A DNA stretch of 64,000 bases from Eledone cirrhosa. Taxonomy: Eukaryota. The stretch spans positions 259,408,001 through 259,472,000 of the forward strand of contig OZ024741.1 in assembly GCA_964016885.1 (NCBI GenBank), read 5' to 3'. The notes beneath the pieces are model-generated. The model worked only from the letters and a program-made list of their open reading frames with translations. It was not told the DNA's origin and searched no databases. Shown in pieces: positions 53,450 to 64,000 of the stretch. Within the stretch, counting starts at the first letter, position 1. The number at the start of each line of letters is the position of its first letter. A program made the position numbers and the translations under genes.

Positions 53450-56400
53450 AAGTCAAAACACTCGTAAGCCGAAACACTCATAAATCGAAACACTCGTAAG
53501 CCGAAACACCCGTAAGTCAAAACATTCGTAAGTCGAAACACTCGTAAGTCGAAACACCCGTAAGTCAAAACACTCATATGTCGAAACACTCGTAAGCCGA
53601 AACACCGTAAGTAAAAACACTCGTAAGTCGAAACACCCTTAAGTCGAAACACTCGTAAGCCGAAACACTCGTAAGTCGAAACACTCGTAAGTCGGAACAC
53701 TCGTAAATCAGAACACCCGCAAGTCAAAACACTCGTAAATCAGAACACTCTTAAGTCGAAACTCACGTAAGACGAAACACTCGTAAGTCGAAACACGTGT
53801 AAGTCAAAACACTCGTAAGTCAAAACACTCGTAAGCCGAAACACTCGTAAGCAGAAACCCTCGTAGGTCGGAACACTCGTAAGTCGAAACACTCGTAAGT
53901 CGAAACACCCGTAAGTCGGAACACTCGTAAGTCAGAATACTCGTAAGTCGAAACACTCGTAAACCGGAACACCCGTAAGGCAAAACATTCGTAAGTCAAA
54001 ACACTCGTAAGTCGAAACACTCGTAAGCCGAAACACTCGTAAGTCGAAACACTCGTAAGTCGAAACACTCGTAAGTCGAAACACTCGTAACCCGAAACAC
54101 TCGAAAGTCGAAACACTCGTAAGTCGAAACACTCGTAAGTCAGAGCACCCGTAAGTCAGAACACTCGTAGTCAGAACACTCGTAAGTCAATACACTCGTA
54201 AGTCGAAACACCCGTAAGTTGAAACATCCGTAAGTCAAAACACTCGTATGTCTAAACACTCGTAAGCCGAAACACTCGTAAGTCGGAACACTCGCAAGTC
54301 AGAACACTCGTAAGTCAGAACACTCGTAAGTCGAAACACTCGTAAGTCGAAACACCCGTAAGTCGAAACACTCGAAAGCCGAAACACTCGTAAGTCGAAA
54401 CACTCATAAGCCGAAAGACTCGTAAGTCGGAACACTCGTAAGTCAGAACACCCGTAAGTCAGAACACTCGTAGTCAGAACACTCGTATGTCGAAACACTC
54501 GTTAGCCGAAACACTCGTAAGTCGAAGCACTCGTAAGTCGAAACACTCGTAAGTCGAAACACTCGTAAGTCGAAACACTCGTAAGCCGAAACACTCGTAA
54601 GTCGGAACACTCGTAAGTTAGAACACTCGTAAGTCAGAACACTCGTAAGTCAGAACACTCGTAAGTCAGAACATTCGTAAGTCGAAACACTCGTATCGAA
54701 ACACTCGTATGTCAAAACACCAGTAAGTCAAAACACTCGTAAGTCGAAACACTCGTAAGCCGAAACATCGTAAGTCAAAACACTCGTAAGTCGAAACACT
54801 CGTAAGTCGAAACACTCGTAAGTCGAAACACTCGTAAGTCGAAACACTCGTAAGCCGAAACACTCGTAAGCCGAAACACTCGTAAGTCGGAACACTCGTA
54901 AGTCAGAACACTCATAAGCAGAACACTCGTAAGTCAGAACACTTGTAAGTCGAAACACTCGTAAGCCGAAACACCGTAAGTCGAAACACTCGTAGTCGAA
55001 ACACTCGTAAGTCGAAACACCCGTAAGTCGAAACACTCGTTAGTCGAAACACTCGTAAACCGAAACACTCGTAAGTCGAAACACTCATAGGCCGAAACAC
55101 TCGTAAGTCGAAACACTCATAAGCCGAAACACTCGTAATCAAAACACTCGTAGTCAGAACACTCGTAAGTCAATCCACTCGTAAGCCGAAACACTCGTAA
55201 GTCGAAACATCCGTAAATCAGAACACTCGTAAGTCAAAACACTCGTAAGTCGAAACACTCGTAAGCCAAAAATACTCGTAAGTCGAAACACCCTTAAGTC
55301 AAAACACTCGTAAGTCGAAACACTCGTAAGCCGAAACACTCGTAAGTCGGAACACTCGTAAGTCAGAACACTCATAAGTCAGAACACTCGTAAGTCAGAA
55401 CACTTGTAAGTCGAAACACTCGTAAGCCGAAACACCGTAAGTCGAAACACTCGTAGTCGAAACACTCGTAAGTCGAAACACCCCTAAGTCAAAACATTCG
55501 TAAGTCGAAACACTCGTAAGTCGAAACACCCGTAAGTCAAAACACTCGTAAGCCGAAACACTCATAAATCGAAACACTCGTAAGCCGAAACACCCGTAAG
55601 TCAAAACATTCGTAAGTCGAAACACTCGTAAGTCGAAACACCCGTAAGTCAAAACACTCATATGTCGAAACACTCGTAAGCCGAAACACCGTAAGTAAAA
55701 ACACTCGTAAGTCGAAACACCCTTAAGTCGAAACACTCGTAAGCCGAAACACTCGTAAGTCGAAACACTCGTAAGTCGGAACACTCGTAAATCAGAACAC
55801 CCGCAAGTCAAAACACTCGTAAATCAGAACACTCTTAAGTCGAAACTCACGTAAGACGAAACACTCGTAAGTCGAAACACGTGTAAGTCAAAACACTCGT
55901 AAGTCAAAACACTCGTAAGCCGAAACACTCGTAAGCAGAAACCCTCGTAGGTCGGAACACTCGTAAGTCGAAACACTCGTAAGTCGAAACACCCGTAAGT
56001 CGGAACACTCGTAAGTCAGAATACTCGTAAGTCGAAACACTCGTAAACCGGAACACCCGTAAGGCAAAACATTCGTAAGTCAAAACACTCGTAAGTCGAA
56101 ACACTCGTAAGCCGAAACACTCGTAAGTCGAAACACTCGTAAGTCGAAACACTCGTAAGTCGAAACACTCGTAACCCGAAACACTCGTAAGTCGAAACAC
56201 TCGTAAGTCGAAACACTCGTAAGTCAGAGCACCCGTAAGTCAGAACACTCGTAGTCAGAACACTCGTAAGTCAATACACTCGTAAGTCGAAACACCCGTA
56301 AGTTGAAACATCCGTAAGTCAAAACACTCGTATGTCTAAACACTCGTAAGCCGAAACACTCGTAAGTCGGAACACTCGCAAGTCAGAACACTCGTAAGTC

Positions 56401-57570
56401 AGAACACTCGTAAGTCGAAACACTCGTAAGTCGAAACACCCGTAAGTCGAAACACTCGAAAGCCGAAACACTCGTAAGTCGAAACACTCATAAGCCGAAA
56501 GACTCGTAAGTCGGAACACTCGTAAGTCAGAACACCCGTAAGTCAGAACACTCGTAGTCAGAACACTCGTATGTCGAAACACTCGTTAGCCGAAACACTC
56601 GTAAGTCGAAGCACTCGTAAGTCGAAACACTCGTAAGTCGAAACACTCGTAAGTCGAAACACTCGTAAGCCGAAACACTCGTAAGCCGAAACACTCGTAA
56701 GTCGGAACACTCGTAAGTTAGAACACTCGTAAGTCAGAACACTCGTAAGTCAGAACACTCGTAAGTCAGAACATTCGTAAGTCGAAACACTCGTATCGAA
56801 ACACTCGTATGTCAAAACACCAGTAAGTCAAAACACTCGTAAGTCGAAACACTCGTAAGCCGAAACATCGTAAGTCAAAACACTCGTAAGTCGAAACACT
56901 CGTAAGTCGAAACACTCGTAAGTCGAAACACTCGTAAGTCGAAACACTCGTAAGCCGAAACACTCGTAAGCCGAAACACTCGTAAGTCGGAACACTCGTA
57001 AGTCAGAACACTCATAAGTCAGAACACTCGTAAGTCAGAACACTTGTAAGTCGAAACACTCGTAAGCCGAAACACCGTAAGTCGAAACACTCGTAGTCGA
57101 AACACTCGTAAGTCGAAACACCCGTAAGTCGAAACACTCGTAAGTCGAAACACTCGTAAACCGAAACACTCGTAAGTCGAAACACTCATAGGCCGAAACA
57201 CTCGTAAGTCGAAACACTCATAAGCCGAAACACTCGTAATCAAAACACTCGTAGTCAGAACACTCGTAAGTCAATCCACTCGTAAGCCGAAACACTCGTA
57301 AGTCGAAACATCCGTAAATCAGAACACTCGTAAGTCAAAACACTCGTAAGTCGAAACACTCGTAAGCCAAAAATACTCGTAAGTCGAAACACCCTTAAGT
57401 CAAAACACTCGTAAGTCGAAACACTCGTAAGCCGAAACACTCGTAAGTCGGAACACTCGTAAGTCAGAACACTCATAAGTCAGAACACTCGTAAGTCAGA
57501 ACACTTGTAAGTCGAAACACTCGTAAGCCGAAACACCGTAAGTCGAAACACTCGTAGTCGAAACACTCGT
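53450..57570 (+). repeat. Tandem duplication, offset 2084-2101 bp; partial third copy at ~63220-64000
   Basis: 53820/55904 and 54235/56319 (+2084); 54666/56766 (+2100); 55154/57255 (+2101); 55904/63224 and 56319/63639 (+7320). Shared rare monomers GTCAATAC, GTTGAAAC, GTCTAAAC. Confidence 0.88.
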
Positions 57571-58569
57571 AAGTCGAAACACCCGTATGTCGAAACACTC
57601 GTAAGCCGAAACACTCGTAAGTCGAAACACTCGTAGTCGAAACACTCGTAAGCCGAAACACCCGTAAGTCGAAACACTCGTAAGTCGAAACACTCGTAAA
57701 CCGAAACACTCGTAAGTCGAAACACTCATAGGCCGAAACACTCGTAAGTCGAAACACTCATAAGCCGAAACACTCGTAATCAAAACACTCGTAGTCAGAA
57801 CACTCGTAAGTCAATCCACTCGTAAGCCGAAACACTCGTAAGTCGAAACATCCGTAAATCAGAACACTCGTAAGTCAAAACACTCGTAAGTCGAAACACT
57901 CGTAAGCCAAAAATACTCGTAAGTCGAAACACCCTTAAGTCAAAACACTCGTAAGTCGAAACATTCGTAAGTAAAAACATTAGTAAGTCGAAACACTCGT
58001 AAGCCGAAAGACTCGTAAGTCGAAACACTCGTAAGCCGAAACACCCGTAAGTCAAAACACTCGTAAGTCGAAACACTCGTAAGTAGAAACACTCGTAAGT
58101 CAAAACTCTCGCACGCCGAAACACTCGTAAGAAAAAACATTAGTAAGTCGAAACACTCGTAAGCCGAAACACTCATAAATCGAAACACTCGTAAGCCGAA
58201 ACACCCGTAAGTCAAAACATTCGTAAGTCGAAACACCCGTAAGTCAAAACACTCATATGTCGAAACACTCGTAAGCCGAAACACCGTAAGTAAAAACACT
58301 CGAAAGTCGAAACACCCATAAGTCGAAACACTCGTAAGCCGAAACACTCGTAAGTCGAAACACTCGTAAGTCGGAACACTCGTAAATCAGAACACCCGCA
58401 AGTCAGAACACTCGTAAATCAGAACACTCTTAAGTCGAAACTCACGTGAGCCGAAACACTCGTTGGTCGAAACACATGTAAGTCAAAACACTCGTAAGTC
58501 AAAACACTCGTAAGCCGAAACACTCGTAAGTCGAAACACTCGTAAGTCGAAACACTCGTAAAGCGAAAC

Positions 58570-58639
58570 GTATAAATAAAGATTAATGTAATGAATTTGA
58601 AAAGCATAGAGATTTGAAACCGCGTCTATTTGTTATTTT
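58570..58639 (+). repeat. AT-rich interspersed element, allele A0
   Basis: Consensus bases at all diagnostic sites. Confidence 0.95.
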
Positions 58640-59159
58640 CGTAAGTCGAAACACTCGTAAGCCGAAACACTCGTGAGCCGAAACACTCGTAAGTCGGAAC
58701 ACTCTTAAGTCAGAACACTCGGCAGTCAGAACACTCGTAAGTTAGAACACTCGTAAGTCAGAACACTCGTAAGTCAGAACACTCGTAAGTCAGAACACTC
58801 GTAAGTCGAAACACTCGTATCGAAACACTCGTAAGTCAAAACACTCGTAAGTCGAAACACTCGTAAGCCGAAACACCGTAAGTCAAAACACTCGTAAGTC
58901 GAAACACTCGTAAGTCAGAACACCCGTAAGTCAGAACACTCGTAAGTCAGAACACTCGTAAGTCAGAACACTCGTAAGTCAGAGCACTCGTATCGAAACA
59001 CTCGTATGTCAAAACACCCGTAAGTCAAAACACTCGTAAGTCGAAACACGCGTAAGTCGAAACACATGTAAGTCAAAACACTCTTAAATCAAAACACTCG
59101 TAAGCCGAAACACTCGTAAGTCGAAACACTCGTAAGTCGAAACGCTCGTAAAGCGAAAC

Positions 59160-59229
59160 GTATAAATAAAGATTAATGTAATGAATTTGAAAAGCATAGA
59201 GATTAGAAACCGCGTCTATTTGTTATTTT
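59160..59229 (+). repeat. AT-rich interspersed element, allele A0 with private SNP
   Basis: GAGATTAGAAAC instead of GAGATTTGAAAC. Confidence 0.95.
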
Positions 59230-61198
59230 CGTAAGTCGAAACACTCGTAAGCCGAAACACTCGTGAGCCGAAACACTCGTAAGTCGGAACACTCGTAAGT
59301 CAGAACACTCGTAAGTCAGAACACTCGTAAGTTAGAACACTCGTAAGTCAGAACACTCGTAAGTCGAAACACTCGCATCGAAACACTCGTATGTCAAAAC
59401 ACCAGTAAGTCAAAACACTCGTAAGTCGAAACACTCGTAAGCCGAAACACCGTAAGTCAAAACACTCGTAAGTCGAAACACTCGTAAGCCGAAACACCCG
59501 TAAGCCAAAACAACCGTAAGTCGAAACACCCGTAAGTCGAAACACCCGTAAGTCAAAACACTCGTATGTCGAAACACTCGTAAGCCGAAACACCGTAAGT
59601 CAAAACACTCGTAAGTCGAAACACCCGTAAGTCGAAACATCCGTAAGTCAAAACACTCGTATCTCGAAACACTCGTAAGCCGAAACACTCGTAAGTCGGA
59701 ACACTCGCAAGTCAGAACACTCGTAAGTCAGAACACTCGTAAGTCGAAACATTCGTAAGTCGAAACACCCGTAAGTCGAAACGCCCGTAAGTCAAAACAC
59801 TCGTAAGTCGAAACACTCGTAAGTCGAAACACTCGTAAGCGGAAACACTCGTAAGCGAAAACATTCGTAAGTCGAAACACTCGTAACCCGAAACACTCGT
59901 AAGTCGAAACACTCGAAAGCCGAAACACTCGTAAGTCGAAACACTCATAAGCCGAAACACTCGTAAGTCGGAACACTCGTAAGTCAGAACACCCGTAAGT
60001 CAGAACACTCGTAGTCAGAACACTCGTAAGTCGAAACACTCGTAAGCCGAAACACTCGTAAGTCGAAACATCCTTAAGTCGAAACACTCGTACACCGAAA
60101 CACTCGTAAGTAAAAACATTAGTAAGTCGAAACACTCGTAAGCCGAAACACTCGTAAGTCGAAACACCCGTAAGTCGAAACACCCGTAAGTCAAAACACT
60201 CGTATGTCGAAACACTCGTAAACCGAAACACTCGTAAGTCGGAACACTCGTAAGTCAGAACACTCGTAAGTCAGAACACTCGTAAGTCGAAACACTCATA
60301 AGTCGAAACACTCGTAAGTCGAAACACCCGTAAGTCGAAACACTCGTATGTCGAATAACTCGTAAGCCGAAACACCGTAAGTCAAAACACTCGTAAGTCG
60401 AAACACTCGTAAGTCGAAACACCCATAAGCCGAAACACTCGTAAGCCAAAACATTCGTAAGTCGAAACACTCGTAAACCGAAACACTCGTAAGCCAAAAC
60501 ATTCGTAAGTCGAAACACTCGTAAGTCGAAACACCCATAGCCGAAACACTCGTAAGTCGGAACACACGTAAGTCAGAACACCCGTAAGTCAGAACACTCG
60601 TAAGTCAGAACACTCGTAAGTCAGAACACTCGTAAGTCAGAGCACTCGTATCGAAACACTCGTATGTCAAAATACCCATAAGTCAAAACACTCGTAAGTC
60701 GAAACACTCGTCAGCCGAAACACCGTAAGCCAAAACACTCGTAAGTCGAAACACCCGTAAGTCGGAACACTCGTAAGTCGAAACACTCGTAAGTCGAAAC
60801 ACTCGTAAGCCGAAACACTCGTAAGCCGAAACACTCGTAAGTCGGAACACTCGTAAGTCGGAACACTCGTAAGTCAGAACACTCGTAAGTCAGAACACTC
60901 GTAAGTCAGAACACTCGTAAGTCAGAACACTCGTAAGTCGAAACACTCGTATCGAAACACTCGTAAGTCGAAACACCCTTAAGTCAAAACACTCGTAAGC
61001 CAAAACACTCGTAAGTCGAAACACTCGTAAGTTGGAACACTCGTAAGTCAGAACACTCGTAAGTCAGAACACTCGTAAGTGGAAACACGCGTAAGTCGAA
61101 AGACCCGTAAGTCAAAAATCTCGTAAGTCAAAACACTCGTAAGCCGAAACACTCGTAAGTCAAAACACTCGTAAGTCGAAACATTCGTAAAGCGAAAC

Positions 61199-61268
61199 GT
61201 ATAAATAAAGATTAATGTAATGAACTTGAAAAGCATAGAGATTTGAAACCGCGTCTATTTGTTATTAT
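61199..61268 (+). repeat. AT-rich interspersed element, allele B0 with private SNP
   Basis: GAACTT, GAGATTT; ends GTTATTAT. Confidence 0.95.
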
Positions 61269-62077
61269 CGTAAGTCGAAACACTCGTAAGTCAGAACACT
61301 CGTAAGTCAGAACACTCGTAAGTCAGAACACTCGTAAGTCAGAACACTCGTAAGTCAGAACACTCGTAAGTCAGAACACTCTTAAGTCAGAACACTCGTA
61401 TCGAAACACTCGTATGTCAAAACACCTGTAAGTCAAAACACTCGTAAGTCGAAACACTCGTAAGTCGAAACACTCGTAAGCCGAAACAATCGTAAGTCAA
61501 AACACTCGTAAGTCGAAACACTCGTAAGTCGAAACACCCGTAAGTCGGAACACTCGTAAGTCAGAATACTCGTAAGTCGAAACACTCGTAAACCGGAATA
61601 CCCGTAAGGCAAAACATTCGTAAGTCAAAACACTCGTAAGTCGAAACACTCATAAGCCGAAACACTCGTAAGTCGGAACACTCGTAAGTCAGAACACCCG
61701 TAAGTCAGAACACTCGTAGTCAGAACACTCGTAAGTCGAAACACTCGTAAGCCGAAACACTCGTAAGTCGAAGCACTCGTAATCCGAAACACTCTTAAGT
61801 CGAAACACTCGTAAGTCGGAACACTCGCAAGTCAGAACACTCGTAAGTCAGAACACTCGTAAGTCGAAACACTCGTAAGCCGAAACACCCGTAAGTCAAA
61901 ACATCCATAAGTCAAAACATTCGTAAGTCGAAACACCCGTAGTCGAAACACTCGTAAGTCGAAACACGCGTAAGTCGAAACACATGTAAGTCAAAACACT
62001 CTTAAGTCAAAACACTCGTAAGCCGAAACACTCGTAAGTCGAAACACTCGTAAGTCGAAACGCTCGTAAAGCGAAAC

Positions 62078-62147
62078 GTATAAATAAAGATTAATGTAAT
62101 GAATTTGAAAAGCATAGAGATTTGAAACCGCGTCTATTTGTTATTTT
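62078..62147 (+). repeat. AT-rich interspersed element, allele A0
   Basis: Consensus bases at all diagnostic sites. Confidence 0.95.
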
Positions 62148-62668
62148 CGTAAGTCGAAACACTCGTAAGCCGAAACACTCGTGAGCCGAAACACTCGTAA
62201 GTCGGAACACTCGTAAGTCAGAACACTCGTAAGTCAGAACACTCGTAAGTTAGAACACTCGTAAGTCAGAACACTGGTAAGTCGAAACACTCGTATCGAA
62301 ACACTCGTATGTCAAAACACCAGTAAGTCAAAACACTCGTAAGTCGAAACACTCGTAAGCCGAAACACCGTAAGTCAAAACACTCGTAAGTCGAAACACT
62401 CGTAAGCCGAAACACCCGTAAGTCAAAACATTCGTAAGTCAAAACACTCGTAAGTCGAAACACTCGTAAGTCGAAACACTCGTAAGTCGAAACAGTCGTA
62501 AGCCGAAACACCGTAAGTCGAAACACCCGTAAGTCGAAACACCCTTAAGTCAAAACACTCGTATGTCGAAACACTCGTAAGTCGGAACACTCGTAAGTCA
62601 GAACACTCGTAAGTCAGAACACTCGTAAGTGGAAACACGCGTAAGTCGAAACATTCGTAAAGCGAAAC

Positions 62669-62738
62669 GTATAAATAAAGATTAATGTAATGAACTTGAA
62701 AAGCATAGAGATTTGAAACCGCGTCTATTTGTTATTTT
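62669..62738 (+). repeat. AT-rich interspersed element, allele B0
   Basis: GAACTT with GAGATTT. Confidence 0.95.
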
Positions 62739-62941
62739 CGTAAGTCGAAACACTCGTAAGTCAGAACACTCGTAAGTCAGAACACTCGTAAGTCAGAACA
62801 CTCGTAAGTCAGAACACTCGTAAGTCAGAACACTCTTAATTCAGAACACTCGTATCGAAACACTCGTATGTCAAAACACCCGTAAGTCAAAACACTCGTA
62901 AGTCGAAACACTCGTAAGTCGAAACATTCGTAAAGCGAAAC

Positions 62942-63011
62942 GTATAAATAAAGATTAATGTAATGAACTTGAAAAGCATAGAGATTTGAAACCGCGTCTA
63001 TTTGCTATTTT
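62942..63011 (+). repeat. AT-rich interspersed element, allele B0 with private SNP
   Basis: GAACTT, GAGATTT; TTTGCTATTT. Confidence 0.95.
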
Positions 63012-64000
63012 CGTAAGTCGAAACACTCGAAAGTCAGAACACTCGTAAGTCAGAACACTCGTAAGTCAGAACACTCGTAAGTCAGAACACTCGTAAGTCA
63101 GAACACTCTTAATTCAGAACACTCGTATCGAAACACTCGTATGTCAAAACACCCGTAAGTCAAAACACTCGTAAGTCGAAACACTCGTAAGTCGAAACAC
63201 TCGTAAGCCGAAACAATCGTAAGTCAAAACACTCGTAAGTCGAAACACTCGTAAGCAGAAACCCTCGTAGGTCGGAACACTCGTAAGTCGAAACACTCGT
63301 AAGTCGAAACACCCGTAAGTCGGAACACTCGTAAGTCAGAATACTCGTAAGTCGAAACACTCGTAAACCGGAACACCCGTAAGGCAAAACATTCGTAAGT
63401 CAAAACACTCGTAAGTCGAAACACTCGTAAGCCGAAACACTCGTAAGTCGAAACACTCGTAAGTCGAAACACTCGTAAGTCGAAACACTCGTAACCCGAA
63501 ACACTCGTAAGTCGAAACACTCGTAAGTCGAAACACTCGTAAGTCAGAGCACCCGTAAGTCAGAACACTCGTAGTCAGAACACTCGTAAGTCAATACACT
63601 CGTAAGTCGAAACACCCGTAAGTTGAAACATCCGTAAGTCAAAACACTCGTATGTCTAAACACTCGTAAGCCGAAACACTCGTAAGTCGGAACACTCGCA
63701 AGTCAGAACACTCGTAAGTCAGAACACTCGTAAGTCGAAACACTCGTAAGTCGAAACACCCGTAAGTCGAAACACTCGAAAGCCGAAACACTCGTAAGTC
63801 GAAACACTCATAAGCCGAAAGACTCGTAAGTCGGAACACTCGTAAGTCAGAACACCCGTAAGTCAGAACACTCGTAGTCAGAACACTCGTATGTCGAAAC
63901 ACTCGTTAGCCGAAACACTCGTAAGTCGAAGCACTCGTAAGTCGAAACACTCGTAAGTCGAAACACTCGTAAGTCGAAACACTCGTAAGCCGAAACACTC

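Larger units (their letters stand above)
1..64000 (+). repeat. Tandem satellite array of 16-bp monomer (consensus TAAGTCGAAACACTCG), extending beyond both window edges
   Basis: The monomer or its 1-3 nt variants repeat head-to-tail from base 1 to 64000. No reverse-orientation copies seen. Interrupted only by the ~70-bp AT-rich element. Confidence 0.99.

Noticed and set aside
329-63902. Hundreds of minus-strand ORFs (YECFDLRVFRLTSVST repeats) as protein-coding genes
   Set aside because: The 16-bp consensus has no minus-strand stop, so all three frames give the same cyclic peptide. The ORFs overlap in multiple frames, mostly start at GTG/TTG or incidental ATG codons, and are broken by 14/15/17-bp monomers. 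The plus strand has TAA in nearly every monomer. None are annotated as CDS.
1-64000. CRISPR array
   Set aside because: There are no unique spacers: the intervals between the constant 70-bp elements are themselves tandem 16-mers of 0.2-13 kb. No cas genes or leader sequence are present.
1-64000. Canonical telomerase-type telomeric repeat
   Set aside because: There are no G-runs or TTAGG-like motif, and the multi-kb duplications of variant patterns indicate recombinational amplification. A non-canonical chromosome-end role cannot be excluded from this window alone.
1-64000. Assignment to a named satellite family or organism
   Set aside because: I do not recognise the monomer with confidence. 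A database search is required.

Overview
The whole 64 kb window is one head-to-tail tandem-repeat (satellite) array with no supportable genes, RNAs or intact mobile elements. The basic unit is a 16-bp monomer, consensus TAAGTCGAAACACTCG (reverse complement CGAGTGTTTCGACTTA). There are on the order of 3,800 copies (estimated from length), all in one orientation. The monomers use a small set of recurrent variants (TCGAAA, CCGAAA, TCGGAA, TCAGAA, TCAAAA; CACCCG, CTCATA; 14-, 15- and 17-bp indel monomers) in a non-random, polar order. The array is punctuated by 36 copies of a conserved ~70-bp AT-rich element in five main alleles, each with fixed flanking monomer contexts. Nested higher-order duplications occur at about 0.27, 0.54, 0.69, 1.7, 2.1, 5.6-5.7, 8.0 and 10.1-10.2 kb. 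The left ~45 kb is young, homogeneous and carries derived alleles; the right ~18 kb is more diverged and carries consensus alleles. The ORF track is the reading-through of the stop-free minus strand of the monomer. The organism and chromosomal role (centromeric, subtelomeric or interstitial heterochromatin) cannot be determined from this window. All coordinates and counts were derived by eye and from the ORF track, so duplication boundaries are approximate.
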